NCBI RefSeq assembly: GCF_052425735.1
Contig: NC_135762.1
Location: forward strand, 10,726,001-10,790,000
Direction of reading: 5' to 3'
Source of the DNA: Oculina patagonica
Lineage: Eukaryota
DNA length: 64,000 nucleotides
Shown here: one piece after another, positions 11,339-23,665 of the stretch
Position numbering within the stretch: the stretch's first letter is position 1
Layout: each line of letters opens with the position of its first letter
Program-made: the position numbers and the translations under genes
The notes under the pieces: generated by a model
The model's database searches: none
What the model was told of the DNA's origin: nothing
Seen by the model: only the letters and a program-made list of their open reading frames with translations

Positions 11339-13919
11339 ATTGCAAGTGTGTGCCCAGGTCTTCAGAAGCGTCTTACTAACCAAATCTAAAATAATTCCAA
11401 AACATGCTGTACAAACATTCTACTCTTTGTGACAAACGACTTGACGACCAATTGTTCAGAAATGAAAATCGACACAGCTCTTGCTAAATAAAAAACAAGT
11501 TTTACGGCGGAGTCAGGCTCAAAAAATATACCGCAAGATCACACCCCCATTCATAGTCAGAAACCAGCAAACCATCTAGTTTGCTAAAAAAAACACTGCG
11601 TGGCATCAATGACGTTACCTTTTTCATTTACAAAAATAACTTTAACTTGTCAAAGTAAGTAAATTTCACAATGGTGAATATCAGTACAGTATGGGGCCCA
11701 GTTCTCGGCCGGGTCCAGTTCTCGGCCACTTTGTGTTTAACGCGTGTTTTCACACTCCAGTTGAATTAAAAGAAAAAGGTATTTCCTTCAAACGATAGAC
11801 TGATTCATGTGCTTTAAGTATCTTGAGTTTGATCGTTCAATTCGATATAGAAAGCTCACACGTCGAGTTTACGCGGAGGTAGGTGAATTTGCATTCCCGA
11901 AAAATTTGTTTGTTTACGGCTCCTTAAAATTCATGGATGTAGTTAAATTCGTATTTTATCCAAAAGCCCCCACCATACGAGCTAATTTTTGGCATGTGAA
12001 ACGTAGAATAATTCAGCTTTCTGCTTTAGTTAACTTTTCGTTGAACCGTTGTAGGGGTGGCGAATGGTAAAATCCGAGACTCGCCGAGACGCCGAGACCC
12101 TTGTTTTAAAATCCGAGACCGAGACTTAAATTATTTTAGAAAATCCGAGCCCGAGACTCTGTGAGCTTCTGTGCAGTAAAAAACCGAGCCCGAGACACAG
12201 TAAAACATTTAGCCCGAGATTAGCAAGACGTTAAGTATAACTCACAGTTAGACGCCAACTGCTACTATTTAGTTATGGATTAACTTTGCAACCTTGTTAC
12301 GACCTATCACCAGAGGAGGTTGGACACGGCCCGGGTTGCATTATGGTAGCGGTAATTAACCAATCAGAGAGCGTGTATTATTTCACAAGTTTTTTCGGAA
12401 GGTTTCGTCGCTCGAGAGGTATACGTTGTTTCTGTCCTTTTTTTATCAAGATGAACGTGTTTGAAATCTAATTAATAACAGAGACACAGATATACGCCTT
12501 GGAATTAATTTTTGCAATAATAAAACTAAAGATGGCTCTGAAGCACTTGTAGGGAGTCTTGTTTTTAAAATTCACAAGAGGTTATTGCCGATCATTCTGC
12601 AATAATTAAAATAGAGGTAGCCGAACTCGTTTTAAAGTTTTGAAATAAAGGGTGTTTTAATGGTAAGTTGTAATGTCAAGAATATAATCGTTACCGATGA
12701 TTAGATATTTATCGATACGATTTGGTACCATTATCCTAGCATGATTTTAGCATTATCTTCATGTCGAGCAATCAAAACGTGTTTAAACCAGTTAAACCAA
12801 TGCCAAACGGTTTGTAGGTCAGTATGGCATACACAGAATGGCCTATTTACTAATTGATTCAAGCTTTGTGTTTGTTAGCATTGTATTAATTTCTCTCTTT
12901 TGTCTCTCTGTTGTTTTAATGCTACTTCGTGTTTTGCTTTGTTCCTCTTCACTAGGTTTGAACGGACGGGGATGTGCGTCATCATAAACTCTATAAGTTT
13001 TTTTTAATAAAGCAGATGTTCATAACTTTGAACGAACAGACTAACAGCCATGATGAATTAAAACCCAAAATGAAATGCTAGCTTAGTGTTGACTTCAGAT
13101 TTAGTGGAGATTTTAAACAATAAACTCGACCGTGGCCACTTTTGGCTCGTCACGCAATCTCATTGCGTGACCCGTTGCGTGAAGCCAAAAGAACGTCTGC
13201 GTGGGAGGCTAACTCGACTATTGAATAGCAATCAGCCGGCCATATGCAAATTACCAAGGTCAATTGAGGTTAGCTAAATAAGAGAACCGCTTTCGCATCG
13301 ATTAAATCGTTCACTCTAACAAGTCGCCATTTTGCATTTGAACGGCAAGAAAAAAAAGATATGCTCAGCTCAGCAGAGGGATATAAACAAACCTCGCTTT
13401 CCTTTCAAAAGGTAACCGGTAAAATGTTCATTCAAACGGATGTTAGTCCTCAAGCAGGAGACGCCATCTTGGATTTAGGTTGCGGTACAGGAGAGCTGTC
13501 TGCATATCTGGCTGAGCTTGTAGGACCCGAGGGAAAGGTTGTGGGTGTTGATCCTGACAAGGAACGAATTCTAGTGGCTCAGCAGTCTCACGGTGAAGTC
13601 AAGAATCTCTCATTTGTGGAAGGAAGCGCTTCAAACTTCCCGGGGATTGGCTTGGAGTCATACGATATTATTTTCAGTAATCAAGTCATGCAATGGATCA
13701 GTACTGATAAACAAGAAGCCTTTAAAAACATGTTTAAAAGTCTTAAAGATGGCGGGAAAGTAACCATTTTGTACACCGACCACATTGCGCCGTTTATCTT
13801 GAGCGCTGCTAAGGAGCTCAATCCAGAAAACTCAGAGCGAATTTGTAAGATGTTTCACTGCGAAGAGAGGACCAAGATCGAAAGCTATTGTTCCTCGGCG
13901 GGGTTTCATATCATTAAGA

Positions 13920-15650
13920 TACGGTGTACGATGAGTATCATGCGTTAAAATCTTGAAAAGTTACATGAAATCTTGAAAAAATACATAAAATCTTGAAAAG
14001 TGACATGAAATCTTGAAAAACTCGAAAAAATCTTGAAAACAAAGTGAAAAATCTTGAAAAACGCGAAAAAATCTTGAAAACGCGAAAAAAATCTTGAAAA
14101 ACACGAAAAATCTTGAAAAACGGTAAAAAATCTTGAAAAACGCGAAAAAATCTTGAAAAACGCGAAAAAAATCTTGAAAACGCGAAAAAAATCTTGAAAA
14201 ACACGAAAAATCTTGAAAAACGGTAAAAAATCTTGAAAAACGCGAAAAAAATCTTGAAAACGCGAAAAAGCTTGAAGATTAATAAAGGTCAAATGAGATA
14301 TTGATCTCACGTGAGACGACGTGCTTGCATGTTGAATACATGTCTGTTAGGCCAAACACTACTCCCTTTGAGCTGTTTCGGTAAAAGTATTGGTTGAGAT
14401 TTGCGTTTTGGAACTCAACTAACTCCCTCCATTTTTTTATTCGTTTTGTCTCGTTACTTGCATCCAACAAATAAATTCTATTACAGTTTGATTACTGCAT
14501 TTGAAGTCTCCAGGATGCGGTAACGATGATCTCTTCTGGCAATTTTTTTATTCTTAAGCAAGACTCGAGTTTCGGTTCTTCAGTGGAACTCATCAGTTGC
14601 TCCTAAAGTCTCGTCCAATTATTTGAAATCATTCGATTTGCCGTTTTTGTACAAATCTCAACACCCAAGCTAAGGGGAGCTTGAAAAACTGAAATAACTC
14701 ACAATGCTTTGAGACTGCATTACCCTTGAAAGGACTAAGATCTTAGATCTTCGCATCCGTTGAAAAGACACAATCCTGCGAGCTGACCGCACGCTTATGA
14801 TAAACAAAATCATTGTTCGAGATAGCCTGCAGAACAGGCGGTTTTTATATTTTTCATTCGCGCTTCGCGCTCGCCCTCGCGTGACCCGCTAAATAAAAAC
14901 CTAGCACTACGCGCCTCGACCCGCAAAATAAACCGCCTGTTCTGCAGGCTATGTTCAAGAGGTCTACTGATCCGATACACGTTCCAGACAGTGAGACAAC
15001 AATATCCTTTTAAAGGACTGATAAACGACTTTTAACTAAACATGCCACAGAACAAGCAAACAAAATGGCATTAATATTTTTACTGAAACAGCTCTAGAGA
15101 TCTAGAGAACGTAAAATCCATAATTAAACAGACTGAAGGTTAACTTTAAGCGGCCAACGGGAGTCGCGTTTGGCCTAACAGACATGTATTCAACAAGTAC
15201 GTCGTGTCACGTGAGATCAAGATCTCAGTTGACCTTTTCATGATAATTTTAAGCTTCCAGCGTTTATATCAAGATTTTCGCGTGATTTTCAATGATTTTC
15301 AAGATTGTTTGGCGTTTTTCAAGTTTTCTCGCGTTTTTCAAGATTTTTCGCGTTTTTCAAGATTTTTTCGCGTTTTCAAGATTTTTTCGCGTTTTCAAGA
15401 TTTTTCGTGTTTTTCAAGATTTTTCGCGTTTTTCAAGATTTTTTTTCGCGTTTTCAAGATTTTTTCGCGTTTTTCAAGATTTTTTCGCGTTTTTCAAGAT
15501 TCTTTACTTTTTTTCAAGATTTTTTCGTGTTTTTCAAGATTTCATGTCACTTTTCAAGATTTTATGTATTTTTTCAAGATTTCATGTAACTTTTCAAGAT
15601 TTTATGTATTTTTTCAAGATTTTAACGCATGATACTCATCGTACACCGTA
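13920..15650. mobile_element. Non-autonomous foldback DNA transposon, IS3EU-like (TAC..GTA termini, 6-bp TSD)
   Basis: TIR start TACGGTGTACGATGAGTATCATGCGTTAAAATCTTGAAAA is perfect on both sides; TSD TTAAGA at 13914-13919 and 15651-15656. Arms are ~450-500 bp and contain arrays of a ~20-22-bp unit AAAATCTTGAAAAACGCGAA. Confidence 0.9.
14823..14951. mobile_element. Academ-like MITE nested in the foldback element
   Basis: TIR TAGCCTGCAGAACAGGCGGTTT / AAACCGCCTGTTCTGCAGGCTA; 9-bp TSD TGTTCGAGA/TGTTCAAGA. Confidence 0.8.
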
Positions 15651-16184
15651 TTAAGAGTTATGACACGCTAAGCACACAACTGGTTTTCCAAAACATCGAG
15701 AATCTTCTTAAATGGATTTGGACACTGACACACGGTGTCTTTGATCCTAAGCTAGTAACCGAAGAACGTTTGCAGAGATATTATCCGTACTCAAGCCGAG
15801 ATGGTAAACCTCCTTTTGACTTCAGAGGCAACAAAGAAGAATCGGGTATTTGTCGACTGATAGCTGTCAAGCGAGACAGTAGTGAACATATATGTACCAC
15901 GTGACCCAAATACTGGATCGTGATTGGTTACTTCCTGAACCGCCACACCTTACTACTAAGGAGCCCATGACTATTGATTTTATATGATTTCTTAAAATGT
16001 TATCAATTTTAAAAAACTATTGACACGGCCGAACTGAAGAAAGATACTTAACCCTTCAGCCTCACAGCCAGCATACAAATTCTCCTTACTGGTTTTCATA
16101 CATTTCTTATGACACTAGCTGGGAGTATACATAAAACATTATTTAAGTGTTTCTTGCATTTTTGATTGTGAAGAGAAATAATTA

Positions 16185-16698
16185 CCTTATTATAGGAAAT
16201 TAACGCTTCATGAAATTAACGCGAAATTCAAAAATTCACGTTAATTTAAGTCGCGTTAATTTTTTTAAAAGTTAATTTCCGCGTCGTTAATCAAGTGGAG
16301 CGTTAATTTCCATGACGTTAATTTCCATTATTTTTGGTCCTATTTCTCGATACAGTCCAGTCATTCTTGACTTCTAGGAAAAGGCATTATTTCATCATGG
16401 TGAAAATCTGCCGGTAGCACTGAAACTGTGAAGAACGCTCGAGTGGTCAGATTCCTTTGCTTTACCTTTACATGTCGGATTATACGCCTAGTGTCGAAAA
16501 ACACTTGTTCCTGTTGTCTCAACAAGATTTCTTTTCTTTGTGTTCGTCTCGTTAATTTCCTTCATTTTGAAATGTTACCCCCTCTTTCGCGTTAATTTCC
16601 TTTATTGGGAAGTAATTTTTCCTTCAAATCGCGTTAATTTAAGTCGCGTTAATTTCAAACACCTTAATTTACACAAGCGTTAACTTAGTATAATAAGG
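16185..16698. mobile_element. Tc1/mariner-type MITE
   Basis: TA-flanked CCTTATTATA..TTAACGCTT / AAGCGTTAA..TATAATAAGG; repeated GCGTTAATTT. Confidence 0.75.
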
Positions 16699-16789
16699 TA
16701 TTGCTTGTTGACTATCCTTACTTTTTGAGAATCTTGTCTTGCAGAAGCTGGAAAGTAGAAAATTAACTCTGAAGTAATTTAAAAAGTTT

Positions 16790-16935
16790 AAATAACCCTG
16801 GAAGTTCCTTATGGGAGTTAGCTCAAGAAAGGAAATCTAGGACTGCACACGATTCAAAGATAATTTCTTTGACTTCAGTGGGATTTGAACCCAAGATCTC
16901 CGGATGAGATTTCCGTTGCTCTACCGACTAAAGTT
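16790..16935 (-). mobile_element. tRNA-derived SINE remnant
   Basis: Minus strand TAGTCGGTAGAGC...GGGTTCAAATCCCAC (A and B boxes). Confidence 0.6.
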
Positions 16936-17171
16936 GCTCTTTCAAAGCCGCCAGCAACATGTCCAGTTGCCTCTATGCGGGGTGTGCATCTGTAGCGCAT
17001 CATGATAGTTGAATTCAACATAATATCCATCCGGCCCCAGGGGTGGCTGTGTTCTTATCTTAAAATGAAGTACATCGGGTGCTTAGACAAAAGAAAACTC
17101 GATTTTTCTTTTTGCTAATAAAACTTCCGAATAAGACTCGTGCTCATCGTCTACTTTGTTTATGATGTTAA

Positions 17172-17565
17172 AAGGACTGTGTCACGGCTGAGTTAAGTTT
17201 ATTTTTTAAAGTTTTGCCAAATACTTGCATTGAAATTTAGTTTGCAAAGAAATTACTCCTGTTAATCCAAATGACAAAACCATAGCTTTATTATATTGCG
17301 ACCAAATGTGTCTCCCGGGCGTTATAATTTAAAGTTACAAGAAAACAAGATTAACTTTGAAAACTGTTCAGCCCAACAATATTTCAAAACCCATATTGCA
17401 ATCCGTTTCAATCTCCGTCACTTTATGGCCATCCGTTCCTTCTTTTGTATTTGCTGTGTAATTGAAATGTTCCTTTACTGTTTTGAGAGGTTATTTTTAC
17501 ATTTCACCGAACTCGATGGCCATTTCCTATGCCTGAATTTGGCTAAAATCTGTGACACAGTCCCT
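17172..17565. mobile_element. Kolobok-type MITE
   Basis: TTAA TSD; TIR A(A/G)GGACTGTGTCAC / GTGACACAGTCCCT. Confidence 0.8.
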
Positions 17566-17703
17566 TTAATTAAAGAACAACAAAATTGAAGGAGGGAAGG
17601 GAGGGCGTACTGGCAATTTTTTGCCAGGGGGGTGGGGGGAAGGATACGTACCACATTAGAAAACTCTGGAATCATTCAAATAGATCATTCCCTTGCATTG
17701 TCT

Positions 17704-19005
17704 CAGGGGCCGCGGAGACCATTTTAAAGTGGTAGGGTTAAGAAGCTGACTAAGACAAGCAAGCATTAGGGGTCACTGTTACGCCATTTATCGTTTAAAA
17801 CTTCATAGCGGAGCTCTCTCTCGGGACATCCATAAGTAAGTAAATGGTATTTCATCGAACTGTGAAATTTTGGGGGTCTCCGCCACCCCCGTATGTACGC
17901 ACGGATTAAGCCTGAGGATGAGGAGGTTTCCCGCTCGTGGCTAAAGAAAAGTAGAGGAAATTACAAACAACAAATAAAGCTCGCAGGGCAAGACAAAATA
18001 TAGACAAGGGGTAAAATTACTCAGCGACAGAACACAGCAAAACATCTGAGAGATTTATTATCCAACTGCTCTATTTTGTTTGTCTTTTTTCATGTGTGAG
18101 TGTGTCGAAACCTCGATGCGCCTTTGCGCAAAAAAAAAATGCGGCTCTCGTTCAATCGCTACACGGTTAAATTGACGTTATCTTCTATCGACTGGATGAT
18201 GTGGACGTTTCAGTAAGATCTAACCGAAGTTATGATATGAAAACGCGGGGAAATTTATTGCGCAGTGCTCACTGTGTAGGCTGAATGAAACCGCGAGTAA
18301 AAAGAGCGACAGAGAACTTTCTGACCCACGATGTCCTTAAAAGTCATTTGTATTCCGTGAAGTTGTGGAAAACGAAAATGGTTTACGAGGAGGCCCGAAA
18401 TAGTTGCGAATGATATTCCTTGTGCAAGTCCAGTTTGCTTGTTTCTGTTGTTTGCTGTTGAATCTGCGGCTGTTATCACCAAGAATACAATAACCTTAAC
18501 TTAAGCAAATGATTGTGTCAAAACAAAGCTAATGCATACATTAAGTCCGCTGAAGAAAGAGACAGAACCCTGGTGCAAGCTAACAACCTGTACTGAATTG
18601 CTAAGTCTGTTTTTACTTTCTGGACGCAGTTTCGATAGTTTCCGTGTGGGTAAGGTTTAGTTTTTTCCCATTTAGGTCATTTTTAATAAATGGAAAGCTC
18701 CGATTTTAGGCTTGCCTAAATCTATATATTACATCATATCCTTTTCATCCGGAGCCCTAAAATATCAACTCAACCAAAAAAGGGGTAGGGCTACAGTCAA
18801 CTCTCGTTATAGCGGACACGCTTGGGACTTCGTTTATTGTCCGTTATAGCGAGAGTCCGTATTAGCGGGAGTCATTTCCAGTCAAACCTCTTTCGCCGGG
18901 GATCTGGATTTTGTCCGTAATAGCGAGCGTCCGCAATAGCGGGTTGTCCGCAAGGCGAGAGTTGACTGTATAGCCCTACCAGCCCCTCCCTTTCCGCGGT
19001 ACCTG
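17704..19005. mobile_element. hAT-like non-autonomous element with a nested Tc/mariner MITE (18794-18968)
   Basis: Ends CAGGGGCCGCGGAG / TTCCGCGGTACCTG; inner TA-flanked CAGTCAACTCTCG / CGAGAGTTGACTG. Outer TSD unclear. Confidence 0.6.
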
Positions 19006-19446
19006 TTGTCATCAGCATTTCTGAAACAGTCATACAACCTAATCCGCGCACACGAGGAAAACTCGCGTACATTTGCTGCTCGGCTAAAGCTTCCAGAATT
19101 TTACCTTCGATTGTGTAAAATTTAGCAAAGCAGGAAAAGCTTTCTTTATCAGGTGTTTGACTGTGACACATGGAGTCGTAAAGTGAAATTCGCGCTTGCA
19201 GTTTTTAAAAATAAACGCGATAGTGGACACAGATACGCATTTTACATGCGTTGATTTGTTTAGAACTCGCCTTAGACATCGCGTTAACTGTTCTGAGTGT
19301 AAAAAGGACATCGTCGCTGAGTACCAAGACGCTCATGCAAGAACTAAGCATATAGGCAAGAATGTTAAATTTACTTTTTCTCGTGCGCCAAATCAGTCAC
19401 AACTAGGATTCACCGGTGGCGATAAAACAATCACCAATATGCTTAA

Positions 19447-20274
19447 GGAGGCTCGATGTAGTTTTTTTAGCCGAAGGGTGGTTGTTTTGAAAATTAAAAT
19501 TATCTAGGAAGCCAATCTTCGATTTTTGCCAAAATACACCATAATGATCAAATATGACCAAATTTTAATTTTTTACCAGTCACTTTGTCACAAAGGTTAC
19601 CATAGCAACCATTGACGTTTTCTTTTGTTCTCAAACAAGCTCGATTTTCTCGAAATCTAGATTGACTCTTGGTATTCATTTTTTTATATGTTCAAGTATA
19701 GTAGATTGACTACCTGTACACACAATTTTAGGAAAATCTGTAAGAGCGTTTTAGAGTAAAATTTCTTATAGTTTCCTACAATCGGCAGTCGATATATTTT
19801 AACAAATTAAAGCAAAATGTCTTTCACTTTTAGTTAATGGTCTTTGATGGTGTAAGTATTTATATTTCAGTGAGAGTAACTGTGTTCAAATAATACGAAA
19901 CAATTTTAAACCGCCTATTTTATAGTAAAACGGTGTTTTGCTGAAAATTTCATTCTTGATTTACTTGAAAACGCTCTTACAGATTTTTCTAAAATTTCGT
20001 AAACAGTTAGTCAATCTACTAAACTTTAACATATCAAAAAATAAACACCAAGAGCCAATCTAGATTTTGAGAAAATCAAGCCTGTTTGAGAACAAAAGAA
20101 AACGTCAATGGTTGCTATGGTAAACTTTGTGACTAAGTGACGGGTAAAAAATTAAAATTTGGTCATATTTGATCATTATGGTGTATTTTGGCAAAAATCC
20201 AACATTGGCTTCCTAGATAATTTTAATTTTCAAAACAACCACCCTTCGTCTAAAAAAAACTACATCGAGCCTCC
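19447..20274. mobile_element. Kolobok-type palindromic MITE with very long TIRs
   Basis: TTAA TSD (19443-46, 20275-78); arms starting GGAGGCTCGATGTAG remain complementary for roughly 300 bp. Confidence 0.9.
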
Positions 20275-20426
20275 TTAAATGCAGTAAAATCGACGCCGAA
20301 AACGTTGCCTCAAATCTTCAAAATGACAGCAGTACAGATATAGTGGGTTCATCGAATAATGCTCTGGCTAAGTCAGAAATCGAAGTGATCAGTTTAAGTG
20401 AATAATGGTGCTCGGCGTGCTCCGGC

Positions 20427-20832
20427 TAGGCTCTTACCGAAAGTGCTAGCACTTTTTTGGCATTATTTGGCCTCACGGGCATTTTTTTTTTCATTTTTTC
20501 CCAAAAAGCACTGCTAGCATTGTTTTGGATTTTCGACTGACTATTTGTTTAATTTTAATGATAATGATAATGATAATGCATTTATATAGCGCATTTTCCA
20601 TGTGTATATGTTCAAATGCGCTTTACATATACTGTAATTTTAAGATACAATTGTAAAGGCCAGACCACAACACCGGTAGCTTCGTCCTACTCTTTGCGAA
20701 TAGTGTGTGGGTTCTTTAACGTCCCCTGTTAGAAGACTGAAGATACAGGAGACGGGACCTACGGTTTATCGTCCTTTTCCGAGAAGACTAGAATGTCTAA
20801 CCACTTGCAAATGTAATTACAAAGGCAGCACA

Positions 20833-20873
<41 letters not shown>

Positions 20874-21397
20874 TGGGGTTCGAACCCACGACCTCCCGCA
20901 CAGCAGTCCGGCGCTCTACCAACTGAGCTAACCAGGCGGCGGTTAAAAAGCACAATCTGACTTTATTTATGGCGTCCAAAGATGCATTAGCCCTCATTTT
21001 AGTCAAAGGAGCCGTGGAGGCCTGGGGAATAGGTTTGATACGTCAGTGGTTGCCTTCTAGATACCCAGTCCATCACACTCGTTCCAAGATGACGTCATCC
21101 ACGTTGTCATCGAGGAACAATGGAAGTCAGCCAGCCAAGGCAGAGATAGCTCGAGAGCGTACTCTGACATCAAACATTGATCGTTACATTTTATTGTTGA
21201 AAAATGAAAAACTGAAAATCTGAAAAATGTAATATTCTATGTTTAAAAAAATCGGAAAAAGTGAGCATTTTTATGTTACCCACGAGCACTTTTTTTAAAA
21301 AATAGCATATCATTATTTTAGCACTTTTTTGGCAAAAAAACGAGCACTTCTTTTAGCATTTAATGCTTTTTTTACGAGCACTTTCGTTAAGAGCCTA
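20427..21397. mobile_element. hAT MITE
   Basis: TIR TAGGCTCTTA.CGAAAGTGCT / AGCACTTTCGTTAAGAGCCTA; perfect 8-bp TSD GCTCCGGC (20419-26, 21398-405). Confidence 0.9.
20556..20942 (-). mobile_element. tRNA-head SINE with Nin/Deu-like body and L2-like tail, nested in the hAT MITE
   Basis: Head CCGCCGCCTGGTTAGCTCAGTTGGTAGAGC..GGTTCGAACCCC; body TTCTCGGAAAAGGACGATAAACCGTAGG..GGACGTTAAAGAACCC..AAGAGTAGG; tail GCGCTATATAAAT then (CATTAT)n. Same family as 32157-32532. Confidence 0.85.
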
Positions 21398-21492
21398 GCT
21401 CCGGCTACGTCAGAATTATGGATGTTGGTGTGGCACTGATGATCATCTGGGAGTCTCCAGTCAATAATCTACAATATGAATCTAGAATAGTA

Positions 21493-21903
21493 CTTACTTA
21501 TCCTCATCGGGCCCATGGGACTCTTGGGGCGGTTTTCCCGGCGATCAGGTTACGGGGATCCTTGTGGCTTTGCCCCGCAGCTGTCATACGCGTGACACCA
21601 GAATTCCAGCTAAGAAAGCTATCATCGGGTGGCTTGCATGTCGCCCGACGGCACCCCGTGATGAGTTCGTCAATTTTCTTTTCGGTTTCCGTAATCATCT
21701 ATTTCTACAGGGTGCGGGGATAAGCCGCACACCCAACCCCCAACCTGGAGGACCAGTGACTACCATTTTGTCTGGCCTCTACCCTTTGACCTGCCCGCCA
21801 AGGTTAGACCTGCTGGGGGAAGACCCCCGATGGTATAGCTCTCAAGGTCATTGAGGCACGCAAGCTCCCCCACCACGACAAGGCGGTAGTCTACGGGGAA
21901 GAC
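21493..21903 (-). mobile_element. Bipartite non-autonomous RTE element (Bov-A-like: RTE 5'UTR joined to RTE 3' tail)
   Basis: Perfect 12-bp TSD TCTAGAATAGTA (21481-92, 21904-15). 5' CCGCCTTGTCGTGGTGGGGGAGCTTGCGTGCCTCAATGA resembles the RTE/BovB 5'UTR; 3' GATGAGGA(TAAG)n. Confidence 0.8.
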
Positions 21904-23512
21904 TCTAGAATAGTATGGGAAATTAATTTACGACTGAGAGTACCCCACACCAGCTAGTGTAGTGCAGTACAGTGCCCAACAACAAACTGAAAAAAAAATA
22001 CAAATATGTATATCAACGTATGATCCCCTTCACTAACAACCAGAAACTCACTGCGTGCTAGGCAACCACTGACTCGTGTGAATTTGACTGGCTTTACCAC
22101 GCCAACTTCAGGTTAAAATAGAAAATATCTATCGCTTCAAAAAAAATGGAAGCTTCTTTAAAAACTGGCTTTACCCAAATCTCTCTTGTTGCCCAAAAAA
22201 TCTGGGTTGCCCAAAATTTGGGGGAAGGGGGGGGGCTGCAGCCCCCCACCCCCCCCCCCCCGGCCCGTACGCCTATGGTCAGGGCAAGGGGACAGAACGA
22301 GACTTGGTTTAGTGTAAACTAAACGTTGTGATAGAAGGGATATGTTTCAGAAATGCTCGTGGATACTTCTTATGTTGAAATATCAAATGCTCTGCAGGCA
22401 TGGAATTGAAAAAATAAGCTAACCCCATAAAAAAGTGCTTCGTGTTGGGGAAGTCTGTTCGTAATTCTCCCAGAATGACAGCTCTAAGAGGATATTTTCT
22501 TTCTTTGTTGTTATCAGAGCTTGGGATAAAAAGCACTCATTCCACTTGTCTCCCGTGGGAGGGTGGGTGGGTGGGTGGTTATTTGAGAGATCAGGTCAAA
22601 AACAAAACAGAACCGTTCTGAATTTCGACTGATTTTTAATCGAACGATTTTATATATCATTTTTATAGTGAAAAGCCGAATTCATCATTATTTTTTAGAG
22701 TTTATTTTGTTGGAGTTTACTATAAAATACACTACACTCTGAGTTTTCAGTAACAATATTATTAAGTAATAATACATGCGTTCAATGTCATCAAGTTTTT
22801 TTTTTGTTTTTTGCTATTTTTAAATCAATTACAATACCTATGTCATAAAACGAAGGTTGGGTCAACTAAGCAGAAACGGAAGAGGGTCCAAAGTCCAGTT
22901 CTTTGCACCTTCTTTTTCTATTCTAGACATTCGAAAATGTAGGACGTTTTGGACTTGTCTATGGTGGTACGTCTGTCCGTTTCACTGTCCTGATGTAATT
23001 TATAAAATGTTGAGAATATAATTATGAATATAAATATGATATTTTTATAGTAGTTAGCATTTTTATATTAATTTAGCTTTTAAGTTTTTAATTCGTGGAA
23101 TAACTGTAAACTAGCCGTAAAGCTAAGCTTTTTTCACGTTAATAAAGTGTCTATCATCTATCTATTCTGTATCAGCTAGGACTTTTACGACATACATACG
23201 AATTAAACATTTTTTTTTATAAAATGCCTAACAACTGACGAATTTAGTGATATTTAAAAATCGCAATATGATATCTAGAGCCATAGAGTAGCATTTTTCC
23301 TTTTACAAAGAGACTACGCTTCTCTTCCCAGTCTCTCCTAACGTATAACAACAAAAACTGTTGCTTAGGGCAACGTGCATTTTCTCATCGGCTCCAGTTC
23401 TATGAAAATCACTCTTGAACGATATTTTCTTCCTTTAAACCATAAACACCTAGATTTAGAAATTTTTATATTCAACTACCACATAACATGCCCAATTTGT
23501 TTTGTATCCGTA

Positions 23513-23665
23513 TAGGCCATTTTCAAAAATACCATAATACTCTTTGTTGTCCCTCCAAAATTGTGCATAAGCATAGTTTTCAATTTCTCTTGGAATAGCA
23601 AGAGAAATTGAAAACAATTTTGGAGGGGCAACAAAGAGTATTATGGTATTTTTGAAAATGGCCTA
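23513..23665. mobile_element. Short palindromic MITE
   Basis: TAGGCCATTTTCAAAAATACCATAATACTCTTTGTTG and its exact reverse complement. Confidence 0.85.

Larger units (their letters stand above)
13361..15904 (+). pseudogene. Class I SAM-dependent methyltransferase, copy B, interrupted by a transposon at 13920-15650
   Basis: ORF from ATG 13361 is highly similar to copy A up to GFHIIK and resumes at 15656 as SYDTLSTQLVF...FDFRGNKEES to TGA 15904. Removing the insert plus one TTAAGA restores a continuous frame. Confidence 0.9.

Noticed and set aside
10752-11383. Two long ORFs
   Set aside because: Artefacts of the N gap.
13938-15654. F/S/R/K-rich ORFs on both strands, and a CRISPR-like look to the arrays
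   Set aside because: They are translations of the 20-22-bp subterminal repeats of the foldback transposon. There are no unique spacers and no cas genes, and the context is eukaryotic.
13924-15657. Transposon spliced out as an intron (introner-like rescue of copy B)
   Set aside because: An in-frame product needs the weak donor GTGTAC (13924) and a GAG acceptor (15657) directly behind a competing AG, with many TTTTCAAG decoys upstream. Not supportable without RNA data.
20870-20942. tRNA genes at 9590-9660, 20870-20942 and 32157-32230
   Set aside because: A/B boxes are present but there is no proper acceptor stem or terminator, and they run into SINE bodies.
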